The notes under the pieces: generated by a model
What the model was told of the DNA's origin: nothing
The model's input: only the letters and a program-made list of their open reading frames with translations
Database searches by the model: none
Translations under genes and position numbers: made by a program
IMG/VR virus record: IMGVR_UViG_3300042905_000928
Location: 1 to 63,348 of that record
Reading direction: 5' to 3' (one strand)
DNA: 63,348 nt
Source: a virus
Lineage: Duplodnaviria; Caudoviricetes
Shown here: in pieces, positions 37,044 to 43,901 of the stretch
How the letters are laid out: each line of letters begins with the position of its first letter
Position numbering within the stretch: the first letter of the stretch is position 1

Positions 37044-37326
37044 TTTCATTCTCCATAAACTCCAAAACATCAGTCCTAAAGGTATCCAGTGGATAATCCT
37101 CATTGATGATGTCAGTCAATAGATCAAGAAAATCATCTGTAGACATATTGTCGCTACCCAACCAACCTTCAACCATGGTTTTGCTTATGAGTTTCTTCCC
37201 AGTTGCCAAGTAGTAATCTGCTTCCTCTTCAGTTGCAAAGGTATGCAGTATTTCATCCCCATTGACATTGCTATGCCATATGTCCCATTGATCTTCACTT
37301 CTTTGTGATTTATATGTTGTTGCCAT
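37036..37326 (-). CDS. hypothetical acidic protein
   Basis: GAGGAG RBS. Confidence 0.6.
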   Translation of the reverse strand: MATTYKSQRSEDQWDIWHSNVNGDEILHTFATEEEADYYLATGKKLISKTMVEGWLGSDNMSTDDFLDLLTDIINEDYPLDTFRTDVLEFMENENA

Positions 37327-37328
37327 GA

Positions 37329-37496
37329 TTACTCCTCAAATTCGTTAATGTCGTAGAACACTATTCCCCAGTGTTCACCTTTTTCTATTAAATCGGACTG
37401 TTCCATTTCCCTAGCAATTTCTTCTGCTTGTTCAATCGAGTCAGCATCAATCAATACTCTTGTTTCAGTTGAAAAACTGGCAGTAAAACTAGGCAT
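37329..37496 (-). CDS. small acidic protein, same paralogue family
   Basis: MPSF...IDADSIEQAEEIA. Confidence 0.6.
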   Translation of the reverse strand: MPSFTASFSTETRVLIDADSIEQAEEIAREMEQSDLIEKGEHWGIVFYDINEFEE

Positions 37497-37653
37497 TTTC
37501 ATTCTCCTCAATTTGTTTAATTTTCTCTTCTGTTTCTGCTCTTGTAGGGAACATTAGGTAATCTCCAACCTCATCTATGTATTCATCAGCACCATTTGAG
37601 TCCAAGATAATCCAATAGTCCGCTACTATTTCTACTGCTTTCCATTTAGGCAT
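37489..37653 (-). CDS. hypothetical acidic protein
   Basis: AAGGGGA RBS at 37659-37665. Confidence 0.6.
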   Translation of the reverse strand: MPKWKAVEIVADYWIILDSNGADEYIDEVGDYLMFPTRAETEEKIKQIEENENA

Positions 37654-37876
37654 CTTCATCCCCTTCAATATCAACAATCACAAAGCCATCATCTAGGATC
37701 AAACCTACTTCCAACGGCTCTCCATCCATGTAGAAGAAAATGTTTCTATCTTCGTCATCTTCCACTTCATCCCAAGAATCCAATGCAATATCCACCCAAG
37801 TAAAATCCACCTTACTGGCATTTATATAGTCAGGCATATAAAACCCTCGGCAGTGTTTAGTATTGTATTTATTCAT
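37646..37876 (-). CDS. hypothetical acidic protein
   Basis: AAGGGG RBS at 37883-37888. Confidence 0.6.
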   Translation of the reverse strand: MNKYNTKHCRGFYMPDYINASKVDFTWVDIALDSWDEVEDDEDRNIFFYMDGEPLEVGLILDDGFVIVDIEGDEDA

Positions 37877-37886
37877 GTCATACCCC

Positions 37887-38189
37887 TTATTCAAAGTCTT
37901 TACCAACAAACACATTATTTTTACGGAGCAAGGCAATCGCATGGTCGTTTAATGACATTACTCCATCATATTCAACCAGTGTGCGACTGCCCACCTTGTC
38001 AAACTCAAACCAAAGCCCAATGCTTTCAAACAAGTCAGCACTGGGTATATCCCATTCAATAAACCCAGTGTTGTCCTTGCGGAAGTAAAGCTCCAGTGTT
38101 GACTCATGCTCACCTAAGTCCCTAGCACCCCAAGAACCCTCAAGGAATAGCTCAGATTTGACAGTCATAGAATCAATGAGTTCAGCCAT
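37887..38189 (-). CDS. hypothetical protein
   Basis: IGLWF...LVEYDGV motif; tightly packed operon. Confidence 0.6.
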   Translation of the reverse strand: MAELIDSMTVKSELFLEGSWGARDLGEHESTLELYFRKDNTGFIEWDIPSADLFESIGLWFEFDKVGSRTLVEYDGVMSLNDHAIALLRKNNVFVGKDFE

Positions 38190-38191
38190 AA

Positions 38192-38527
38192 TCAATACTC
38201 AGAAGTAAGCATCAATACATTGTCAGTCAGGAAGAATTCATACTCCCCTTCAGGGCAGTCAGTGAAGTCAATATGCTTTGTTTTGATCACATTGCAATCG
38301 CCATCTTCCACAGTGATTGTGGCTTTACCATCAGCCACCACCATCTTGATTGACAGGAAGTAGTCAACCTCTTGCAGTTCAAAGAATTCAGTCGCAACAA
38401 TATCCAAAAACCAGTAGGCACTGGCTTCACGACAGAAGTATTCCACCCCATCCGTATGCACCAGTTTTGGCACAAACATATTGGATTTATAGTATTGCTC
38501 AGTCCCAGTAAATTGATTCAATTCCAT
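38192..38527 (-). CDS. DUF6876-like protein
   Basis: LNQFTGTEQYY, TDGV, AYWFLD, IDFTDCP, LMLTSEY; AAGGGGA RBS. Confidence 0.7.
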   Translation of the reverse strand: MELNQFTGTEQYYKSNMFVPKLVHTDGVEYFCREASAYWFLDIVATEFFELQEVDYFLSIKMVVADGKATITVEDGDCNVIKTKHIDFTDCPEGEYEFFLTDNVLMLTSEY

Positions 38528-38528
38528 G

Positions 38529-38738
38529 TTATTCCCCTTGCATAAGTTCGTTATAAAAAGACCATGTAGAGCTAATACAGTCCCCACAGGCATTAAACAC
38601 ATCTACCACTACTCCATCATCATCCATCTTGATATTGATATAACCACCCGCCTTACCATCCTTATCTACCATGATGGCAAGAGAGTCGTTATCCAATTCA
38701 GCGACAGATAAGTCAAACCCCTTAATATTCGTTTTCAT
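38529..38738 (-). CDS. hypothetical protein
   Basis: GAGGT RBS; DDGVVVDVF. Confidence 0.6.
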   Translation of the reverse strand: MKTNIKGFDLSVAELDNDSLAIMVDKDGKAGGYINIKMDDDGVVVDVFNACGDCISSTWSFYNELMQGE

Positions 38739-38740
38739 AA

Positions 38741-39010
38741 TTACCTCAACACTGGCAAAACAGATTTCTCAGGATGCGAAGTAAACAACGCACCACCATC
38801 ATTGCCTTCATCATCCATGGATGCGAACAACCAAATACCAGTTTCCAACATGAAAGCAACAGGTCTTGAAGTCCAGTCCATGTCCTCTGCTTCTCTATGG
38901 CTTACATAGCGAACCCTAGTTATCTTCTTGCCAAGCAATATGCTACTGGCTTCAGAAGTCCAGTAATCCTCAATCTCCAATTCATTCATCTTTGATAGTT
39001 CAGCAGTCAT
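38741..39010 (-). CDS. hypothetical protein (DDEGNDGGAL family)
   Basis: AAGGGGA RBS at 39016-39022. Confidence 0.65.
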   Translation of the reverse strand: MTAELSKMNELEIEDYWTSEASSILLGKKITRVRYVSHREAEDMDWTSRPVAFMLETGIWLFASMDDEGNDGGALFTSHPEKSVLPVLR

Positions 39011-39566
39011 TTGTTTCCCCTTTTGTAACAGTAAATTCTCTTTCTTTCCATTTAGTGATGCGACATAGCACGCCATTGGTGGCTCTGAAAGCATCCCTAC
39101 CCAAGTAGGACTCATAAGTAAAAGTATCCTCTGAGAAGCTCCCAAAGCTCATTGCGGTGGCAAACTTGACCACATCCCCCATGATCAGTTTTGCCGATTT
39201 CTTCTTCTCTGATTTCTTGCGACAGGCTTCTCTCCAGACCCTTGCATGGTTATTAAATGGTGGAAAGAGAGCATCCAGTTTATCTAGCAGTTTCTTAGGT
39301 GCATCATAGTAATAAGGATGAGCAGTTTCACCCATCTCTTTGTAGTAAAGCCAATCATCCTCTTTGCGAGTCAGGATAATCATGGCTTCTGCTAAGATAA
39401 TCCCAGTTGTCTTATCTTGCACCTTGTGGATGCCATACGCAGTAGTCCCACGCATTGATACATCCGTTAATTCCCACTTGTGAGTATCAGACTCACTTGT
39501 GAATTCACGCACCAACCAGTCTTTAGTCGGCAGTGAGTCAAACTTTTGCGAACCAGTCCATCCCAT
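39000..39566 (-). CDS. DUF6927-like protein
   Basis: MGWT, YKEMGETAHPYYYDAP, WREAC; AAGGGGA RBS. Confidence 0.7.
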   Translation of the reverse strand: MGWTGSQKFDSLPTKDWLVREFTSESDTHKWELTDVSMRGTTAYGIHKVQDKTTGIILAEAMIILTRKEDDWLYYKEMGETAHPYYYDAPKKLLDKLDALFPPFNNHARVWREACRKKSEKKKSAKLIMGDVVKFATAMSFGSFSEDTFTYESYLGRDAFRATNGVLCRITKWKEREFTVTKGETNDC

Positions 39567-39576
39567 GTTATTCCCC

Positions 39577-39765
39577 TTAATGAGTTAAGTTAGCGTAATG
39601 CACGCCATGTTCAGCACATACCTTGACGAAGAAATCATCCTTCTTCAACGCACCAGTCATAGCGGATGCAATCTCTCTTGCAGTCCGATAAGGCATGGCG
39701 TTTTCTAAATGCACCCTAGCGATTGCTTTAGGCACAGGCTTTGAATTGATATACCACTGAATCAT
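39577..39765 (-). CDS. hypothetical protein
   Basis: AGGAG RBS preceded by the leader motif. Confidence 0.6.
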   Translation of the reverse strand: MIQWYINSKPVPKAIARVHLENAMPYRTAREIASAMTGALKKDDFFVKVCAEHGVHYANLTH

Positions 39766-39774
39766 TTGTATCTC

Positions 39775-39785
39775 CTAGCAGTTGA
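39775..39785 (-). promoter_or_regulatory. conserved leader motif copy 3 (TCAACTGCTAG)
   Basis: Starts 5 nt 3' of the hammerhead cut site and overlaps the RBS. Confidence 0.7.
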
Positions 39786-39877
39786 CTAAGACTGGATGCA
39801 ATTTGCGGACTCATGCCAACAGGCAATTTGCGGACTCATGCACCCAGTTTCGGGGATTCACCCCTCATCAGTTAGTC
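39784..39877 (-). ncRNA. type I hammerhead ribozyme
   Basis: GACUAA-CUGAUGA-GGGG/CCCC-GAAA-CUGGGUGCA/UGCAUCCAG-UC-UUAGUC; GUC cut after 39790. Confidence 0.9.
39798..39841. repeat. 19-bp direct repeat, two copies
   Basis: GCAATTTGCGGACTCATGC at 39798-39816 and 39823-39841. Confidence 0.95.
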
Positions 39878-40039
39878 TTTTTCTAGCTCGCAGTGCATGA
39901 AGAACATAAAGCAAAGACCAACAGTGGATGCAATCAAAGTAAAGATATACAGTGGTGCGGGATTCTCTGATACAACATAGATAGAGAGCATAAACAGACC
40001 AAAGATACCAAGGTTTAAAAAGTAAGCTAAGTGTTTCAT
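39872..40039 (-). CDS. small 2-TM membrane protein
   Basis: Two hydrophobic helices; AAGGGGA RBS at 40045-40051. Confidence 0.6.
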   Translation of the reverse strand: MKHLAYFLNLGIFGLFMLSIYVVSENPAPLYIFTLIASTVGLCFMFFMHCELEKD

Positions 40040-40049
40040 CATCATCCCC

Positions 40050-40325
40050 TTAAAAAGTTTTAACCCAAATGCGATTAGCATCAGCGAAGTCGTAGATTGT
40101 GTCTAGCAGATAGTCAGCATCTTCAATGTAGTCAGTCCATGCGAGTTCATCTACTGCATCTTCAAAGTTGCTGAAGTAAATGTAGTCAGCAGTTTTAGGA
40201 TTAGCATCAATGAATGATTTAAACGCTTGGTGCAAACAGGTAAGCATTTCATGACCATCAATATCGTCATTCTCATACTTGGCATATAGGTCAGCCAAGT
40301 CAATCTCATGTTTCCAGTTAGCCAT
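40050..40325 (-). CDS. hypothetical acidic protein (IYDFADANRIWV family)
   Basis: GGGAG RBS. Confidence 0.65.
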   Translation of the reverse strand: MANWKHEIDLADLYAKYENDDIDGHEMLTCLHQAFKSFIDANPKTADYIYFSNFEDAVDELAWTDYIEDADYLLDTIYDFADANRIWVKTF

Positions 40326-40327
40326 GA

Positions 40328-40519
40328 TTATTTCTCCCAGTTAGCAAGCATGAATTCAATCTCTCTGAATTGTGCTTCTGATAAGTTGATGTAATTAGTC
40401 TTACCTAATGCGGATTTGATTTGCATACGGATTTGGAAGGTATCGCCCAGTGACTCAATGACGGCATCAGTTGGCAACACTTTCCAAAACTGGTTACAGA
40501 TATAAGTTTCTTGATTCAT
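40328..40519 (-). CDS. hypothetical protein
   Basis: AAGGGGA RBS at 40525-40531. Confidence 0.6.
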   Translation of the reverse strand: MNQETYICNQFWKVLPTDAVIESLGDTFQIRMQIKSALGKTNYINLSEAQFREIEFMLANWEK

Positions 40520-40536
40520 AAGTTTCCCCTTTATTT

Positions 40537-40587
40537 GTCAATGACCCATCACTGGGTTTCGGCTATTGAAGCCATCATCAGATTGAC
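40537..40587 (-). ncRNA. type I hammerhead ribozyme
   Basis: GUCAAU-CUGAUGA-U-GGCU/AGCC-GAAA-CCCA(GUGA)UGGG-UC-AUUGAC; GUC cut after 40543. Confidence 0.9.
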
Positions 40588-40787
40588 TGAGTAAAACGCA
40601 CCTTTATATCTATTAGGTTTTGAATGTTATCTAATGCTTTAGGTAGATCAAACTTTGCTTCAGATAACAATTCCAATATATCCCCATCTAACCAGTATTC
40701 ATTAACTACATCCCAGTGTTGTCTTTCTCTAGCAATCATACGGACTGCACCGATTAACATCATTTCGTCAGCATCTTTTGTAGTCAT
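40578..40787 (-). CDS. hypothetical protein, first gene of leftward operon
   Basis: TAGGGGA RBS preceded by leader-motif variant. Confidence 0.6.
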   Translation of the reverse strand: MTTKDADEMMLIGAVRMIARERQHWDVVNEYWLDGDILELLSEAKFDLPKALDNIQNLIDIKVRFTQSI

Positions 40788-40788
40788 C

Positions 40789-40807
40789 TTTTTCCCCTAA
40801 CAGTTGA
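40789..40807 (-). promoter_or_regulatory. conserved leader motif copy 4 (TCAACTGTTAG-GGGAAAAA)
   Basis: One C>T change relative to the other copies; covers the RBS. Confidence 0.6.
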
Positions 40808-40841
40808 TTGATATTTACATATAACAGGTGATACAGACTTC

Positions 40842-40871
40842 ATTTTCAATAAATAGCTATTGACTTGTCAA
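40842..40871 (-). promoter_or_regulatory. probable promoter of the leftward operon
   Basis: TTGACA (40871-40866), 18 nt, GAAAAT; AT-rich upstream; -10 imperfect. Confidence 0.45.
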
Positions 40872-41149
40872 CACCTTTTTACAATTATTTTTCACTCTAT
40901 ATAGAATAAGGCTTCCAAGGCATTTGATACAGCTGAGAAAGGGCTTGCTTGTGGATCAGTGGGCATAAAAACACAAAGCATGGCTCTAAAACGCACTCTA
41001 ACGCTTGTTAGAGTAGCGAAGCGGAACAGTGTATTGGGTAATAACATAGAGAGAGATACGCCAATAGACCAATAGACAGACACCAGTTGCACATAGTCCT
41101 AATCTTGTCCTATTATCAGGCACTACTAAGAAATCCTCTATATATACCT

Positions 41150-42049
41150 ATGACCAAACTAACACGCAAACAAATACAGGATGGACTCAAGGCAATGCCT
41201 ATGGATACGCTATTACTGGGTGCGAGTAGTAAGACAACAAGGCTTACCCCAAAACAGATTAAGTTCGCAGAGGAAATCGCGAAGGGAGAGTCAAAGGCTC
41301 AGGCTTACAGGAAGTCTTATAACTCCACTGGCAAACCACATACCCAGTCACGCAATGGGCAGAAGCTACTAAAGAATGACGCAATACAAACCCAAGTGGA
41401 TGCCTTCAAGGTGGCTATTGAAGCGAGTAAATATACAACCCCTGCTCACTTGAGGATGCACATAATCCATAAGTTGACTCAAAAGACACTGGATGATGAA
41501 GTCCCTCACGCACAACAGTTGAAGGCACTGGAGTTGCTGGGCAAGATAACAGAGGTATCACTGTTCACGCACAGGACTGAGGTCATCAAGACGGATAACA
41601 GTGAGTCAATGAAGGAGAAGCTAATCAAGTCATTGGCACTGGCTATGAATTCTACTGGCGGGAAAAAGATTCCTGAGTATTCTGCGGAGTCATTGTTGGC
41701 AGAGCTAACTGGCGAAGCACCAGTTGATGATGTTGTCACTAACTTTAATGTCACAGATGTTAGTGTGATGGATGTAGAAGCACATGATGATGGTGGCACT
41801 GGGTTATCCGATTGCGATTCTGCGTCACCCACTACACCGCCACCCCTAAAATTTGAGGATTCGCACTCTGGCCCATTGCATAGTAATCCGCACACTCAAT
41901 CACCAACTTTTGAGAATTCCCTTCCAAATCAATCACCTGGCACTCTAACAAATGTTAGAGTGGGGGAGGGGGTATCAAAAATTGATCCAGACGAGGACAA
42001 TGTTTCTACAGAAACACCCCCCGTCACTAATTGGGTAGAAAAGGCATAG
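41150..42049 (+). CDS. terminase small subunit-like protein with long disordered tail
   Basis: LTPKQIKFAEEIAKGESKAQAYRKSY HTH, ALELLGK; upstream of terL. Confidence 0.7.
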   Translation: MTKLTRKQIQDGLKAMPMDTLLLGASSKTTRLTPKQIKFAEEIAKGESKAQAYRKSYNSTGKPHTQSRNGQKLLKNDAIQTQVDAFKVAIEASKYTTPAHLRMHIIHKLTQKTLDDEVPHAQQLKALELLGKITEVSLFTHRTEVIKTDNSESMKEKLIKSLALAMNSTGGKKIPEYSAESLLAELTGEAPVDDVVTNFNVTDVSVMDVEAHDDGGTGLSDCDSASPTTPPPLKFEDSHSGPLHSNPHTQSPTFENSLPNQSPGTLTNVRVGEGVSKIDPDEDNVSTETPPVTNWVEKA

Positions 42050-42057
42050 GGGGGTAT

Positions 42058-42189
42058 ATGAAAATTTGGACATACGAAGAGATGTTATTGGCAATCCAGT
42101 CTATGACGGAAGAAGAGAAGCAGAAGTTATTGACGATGTTATTGCGCGATGAGGCGGTGATGATTATGACGAAAAGGTATCCAGAATGA
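42058..42189 (+). CDS. hypothetical protein (43 aa)
   Basis: G-rich RBS, ATGA overlap with next gene. Confidence 0.45.
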   Translation: MKIWTYEEMLLAIQSMTEEEKQKLLTMLLRDEAVMIMTKRYPE

Positions 42190-42410
42190 CCCCAGCTCAA
42201 AAGGATATATTTTTGGTTATAGATGAGTGGTGGAAAATGTATGGTTTCGGCCCCTCGATTGATGATGTTATGCGAGTAACTGGTGAGAGAAGTCGCAGTA
42301 ACGTGGCGCGCAAGATGAAGAAACTAGTAGAACTTGGGGTTTGCAAAGGGGTTCCAAGGCGGGCGCGATCTATACGGCCAGCGGGTTTGAGAGTGAGAAC
42401 AATTGAGTAA
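42186..42410 (+). CDS. LexA-type DNA-binding domain only
   Basis: MTPAQ...GFGPSIDDV...S.SNV...LVELG...RARSI; no peptidase domain. Confidence 0.75.
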   Translation: MTPAQKDIFLVIDEWWKMYGFGPSIDDVMRVTGERSRSNVARKMKKLVELGVCKGVPRRARSIRPAGLRVRTIE

Positions 42411-43893
42411 GTTAGAAGACATCATAGAGAGTCTGCCTGAGGCAGAGCGTGAGTCTTTACTTGCAATGGCACAGGCTTATACAGAGGCTGTGACCAGGGA
42501 GAAGGCGACTGTTGAGTTCATGGAGTTTGTTAGAGTCATGTGGCCTGGGTTCATTCACGGACGTCATCATGCCTTAATGGCAAAGAAGTTTGAGGATATA
42601 GCTAACGGCAAAATTAAACGGTTAATCATTAATATGCCGCCGCGACACACGAAGTCAGAGTTTGCCAGTTATTTGTTGCCAGCTTGGTTTCTAGGTAAAT
42701 ACCCTAATAAAAAGATTATTCAGTGTTCTAACACAGCGGAGCTTGCGGTAGGCTTTGGTCGTAAGGTGCGTAACTTAGTAGACGGAGAACAGTATGCAAA
42801 AGTCTTTCCCAATGTCCGTCTTAGGTCTGACTCTAAAGCTGCTGGTCGCTGGAGTACTAATGGTAACGGGGAGTATTTTGCTATTGGTGTTGGCGGTACT
42901 GTTACAGGTAAAGGTGCGGATCTACTCATTATTGATGACCCTCACTCGGAACAAGAAGCAGCATTAGCAGCTAGTAACCCTGAGGTGTACGACAAGGTTT
43001 ATGAGTGGTACGGCTCTGGTCCACGTCAGCGTTTACAGCCAGGCGGTGCAATTGTCATTGTTATGACCCGCTGGGGTAAGCGAGATCTAACTGGTCGTAT
43101 TTTACAAAGTACGATTGAGCGAGATGGTGATGAATGGGAACAGATTGACCTTCCAGCTATCTTGCCGAGTGAAAAACCTTTATGGCCTGAGTTCTGGTCG
43201 TATGAGGAACTGGTCAAGCTTAGAAACGAATTGCCCGTATCTAAGTGGTCAGCCCAGTATCAACAGCAACCGACCTCAGAAGCGGGTGCGCTTGTTAAGC
43301 GTGAGTGGTGGCAAATGTGGGAACAAGAGAATCCTCCGCAGTGCGAGTTCATCATTCAGTCTTGGGATACAGCGTTCACTAAGAATGAACGGTCAGACTA
43401 CTCGGCGTGTACGACATGGGGGGTCTTTTATAAAGACGAGAACCCAGATGATGCCAATGTGATTTTGTTGGACGCCTTTAAGGAACGGCTAGAGTTCCCT
43501 GAGTTAAAAGAAAAGGCGTTACAGTATTACAAAGAATGGGAGCCTGATGCGTTCATAGTCGAGGCAAAAGCTTCTGGTGCGCCATTAATTTTTGAATTAA
43601 GAAGGATGGGTATTCCCGTACAAGAATTTACACCAACCCGTGGTAATGATAAGATTTCAAGAGTAAACTCCGTATCAGACTTATTTGCTTCTGGCAAGAT
43701 ATGGTGTCCACGTACTAGATGGGCAGAAGAGGTGATGGAAGAGATGGCTGCTTTCCCTAATTCAGATCACGATGACTTGGTTGACTCATCAACCCAAGCG
43801 CTGATTAGGTTTAGAAAAGGCGGCTTTTTACGATTACAGACCGATGAAGTAGACGATCCTGTTTACTTCAGACGCAAAGTTGCATATTACTAA
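42403..43893 (+). CDS. terL: terminase large subunit
   Basis: MPPRHTKS Walker A, LLIIDDP Walker B, QSWDTA, HDDLVD nuclease motifs. Confidence 0.95.
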   Translation: MSKLEDIIESLPEAERESLLAMAQAYTEAVTREKATVEFMEFVRVMWPGFIHGRHHALMAKKFEDIANGKIKRLIINMPPRHTKSEFASYLLPAWFLGKYPNKKIIQCSNTAELAVGFGRKVRNLVDGEQYAKVFPNVRLRSDSKAAGRWSTNGNGEYFAIGVGGTVTGKGADLLIIDDPHSEQEAALAASNPEVYDKVYEWYGSGPRQRLQPGGAIVIVMTRWGKRDLTGRILQSTIERDGDEWEQIDLPAILPSEKPLWPEFWSYEELVKLRNELPVSKWSAQYQQQPTSEAGALVKREWWQMWEQENPPQCEFIIQSWDTAFTKNERSDYSACTTWGVFYKDENPDDANVILLDAFKERLEFPELKEKALQYYKEWEPDAFIVEAKASGAPLIFELRRMGIPVQEFTPTRGNDKISRVNSVSDLFASGKIWCPRTRWAEEVMEEMAAFPNSDHDDLVDSSTQALIRFRKGGFLRLQTDEVDDPVYFRRKVAYY

Positions 43894-43901
43894 GGAAACA
43901 T

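Noticed and set aside
39798-39841. Direct repeat as a mini-CRISPR array
   Set aside because: Only two copies with a 6-bp spacer; the Cas4-like gene is a stand-alone recombination nuclease.
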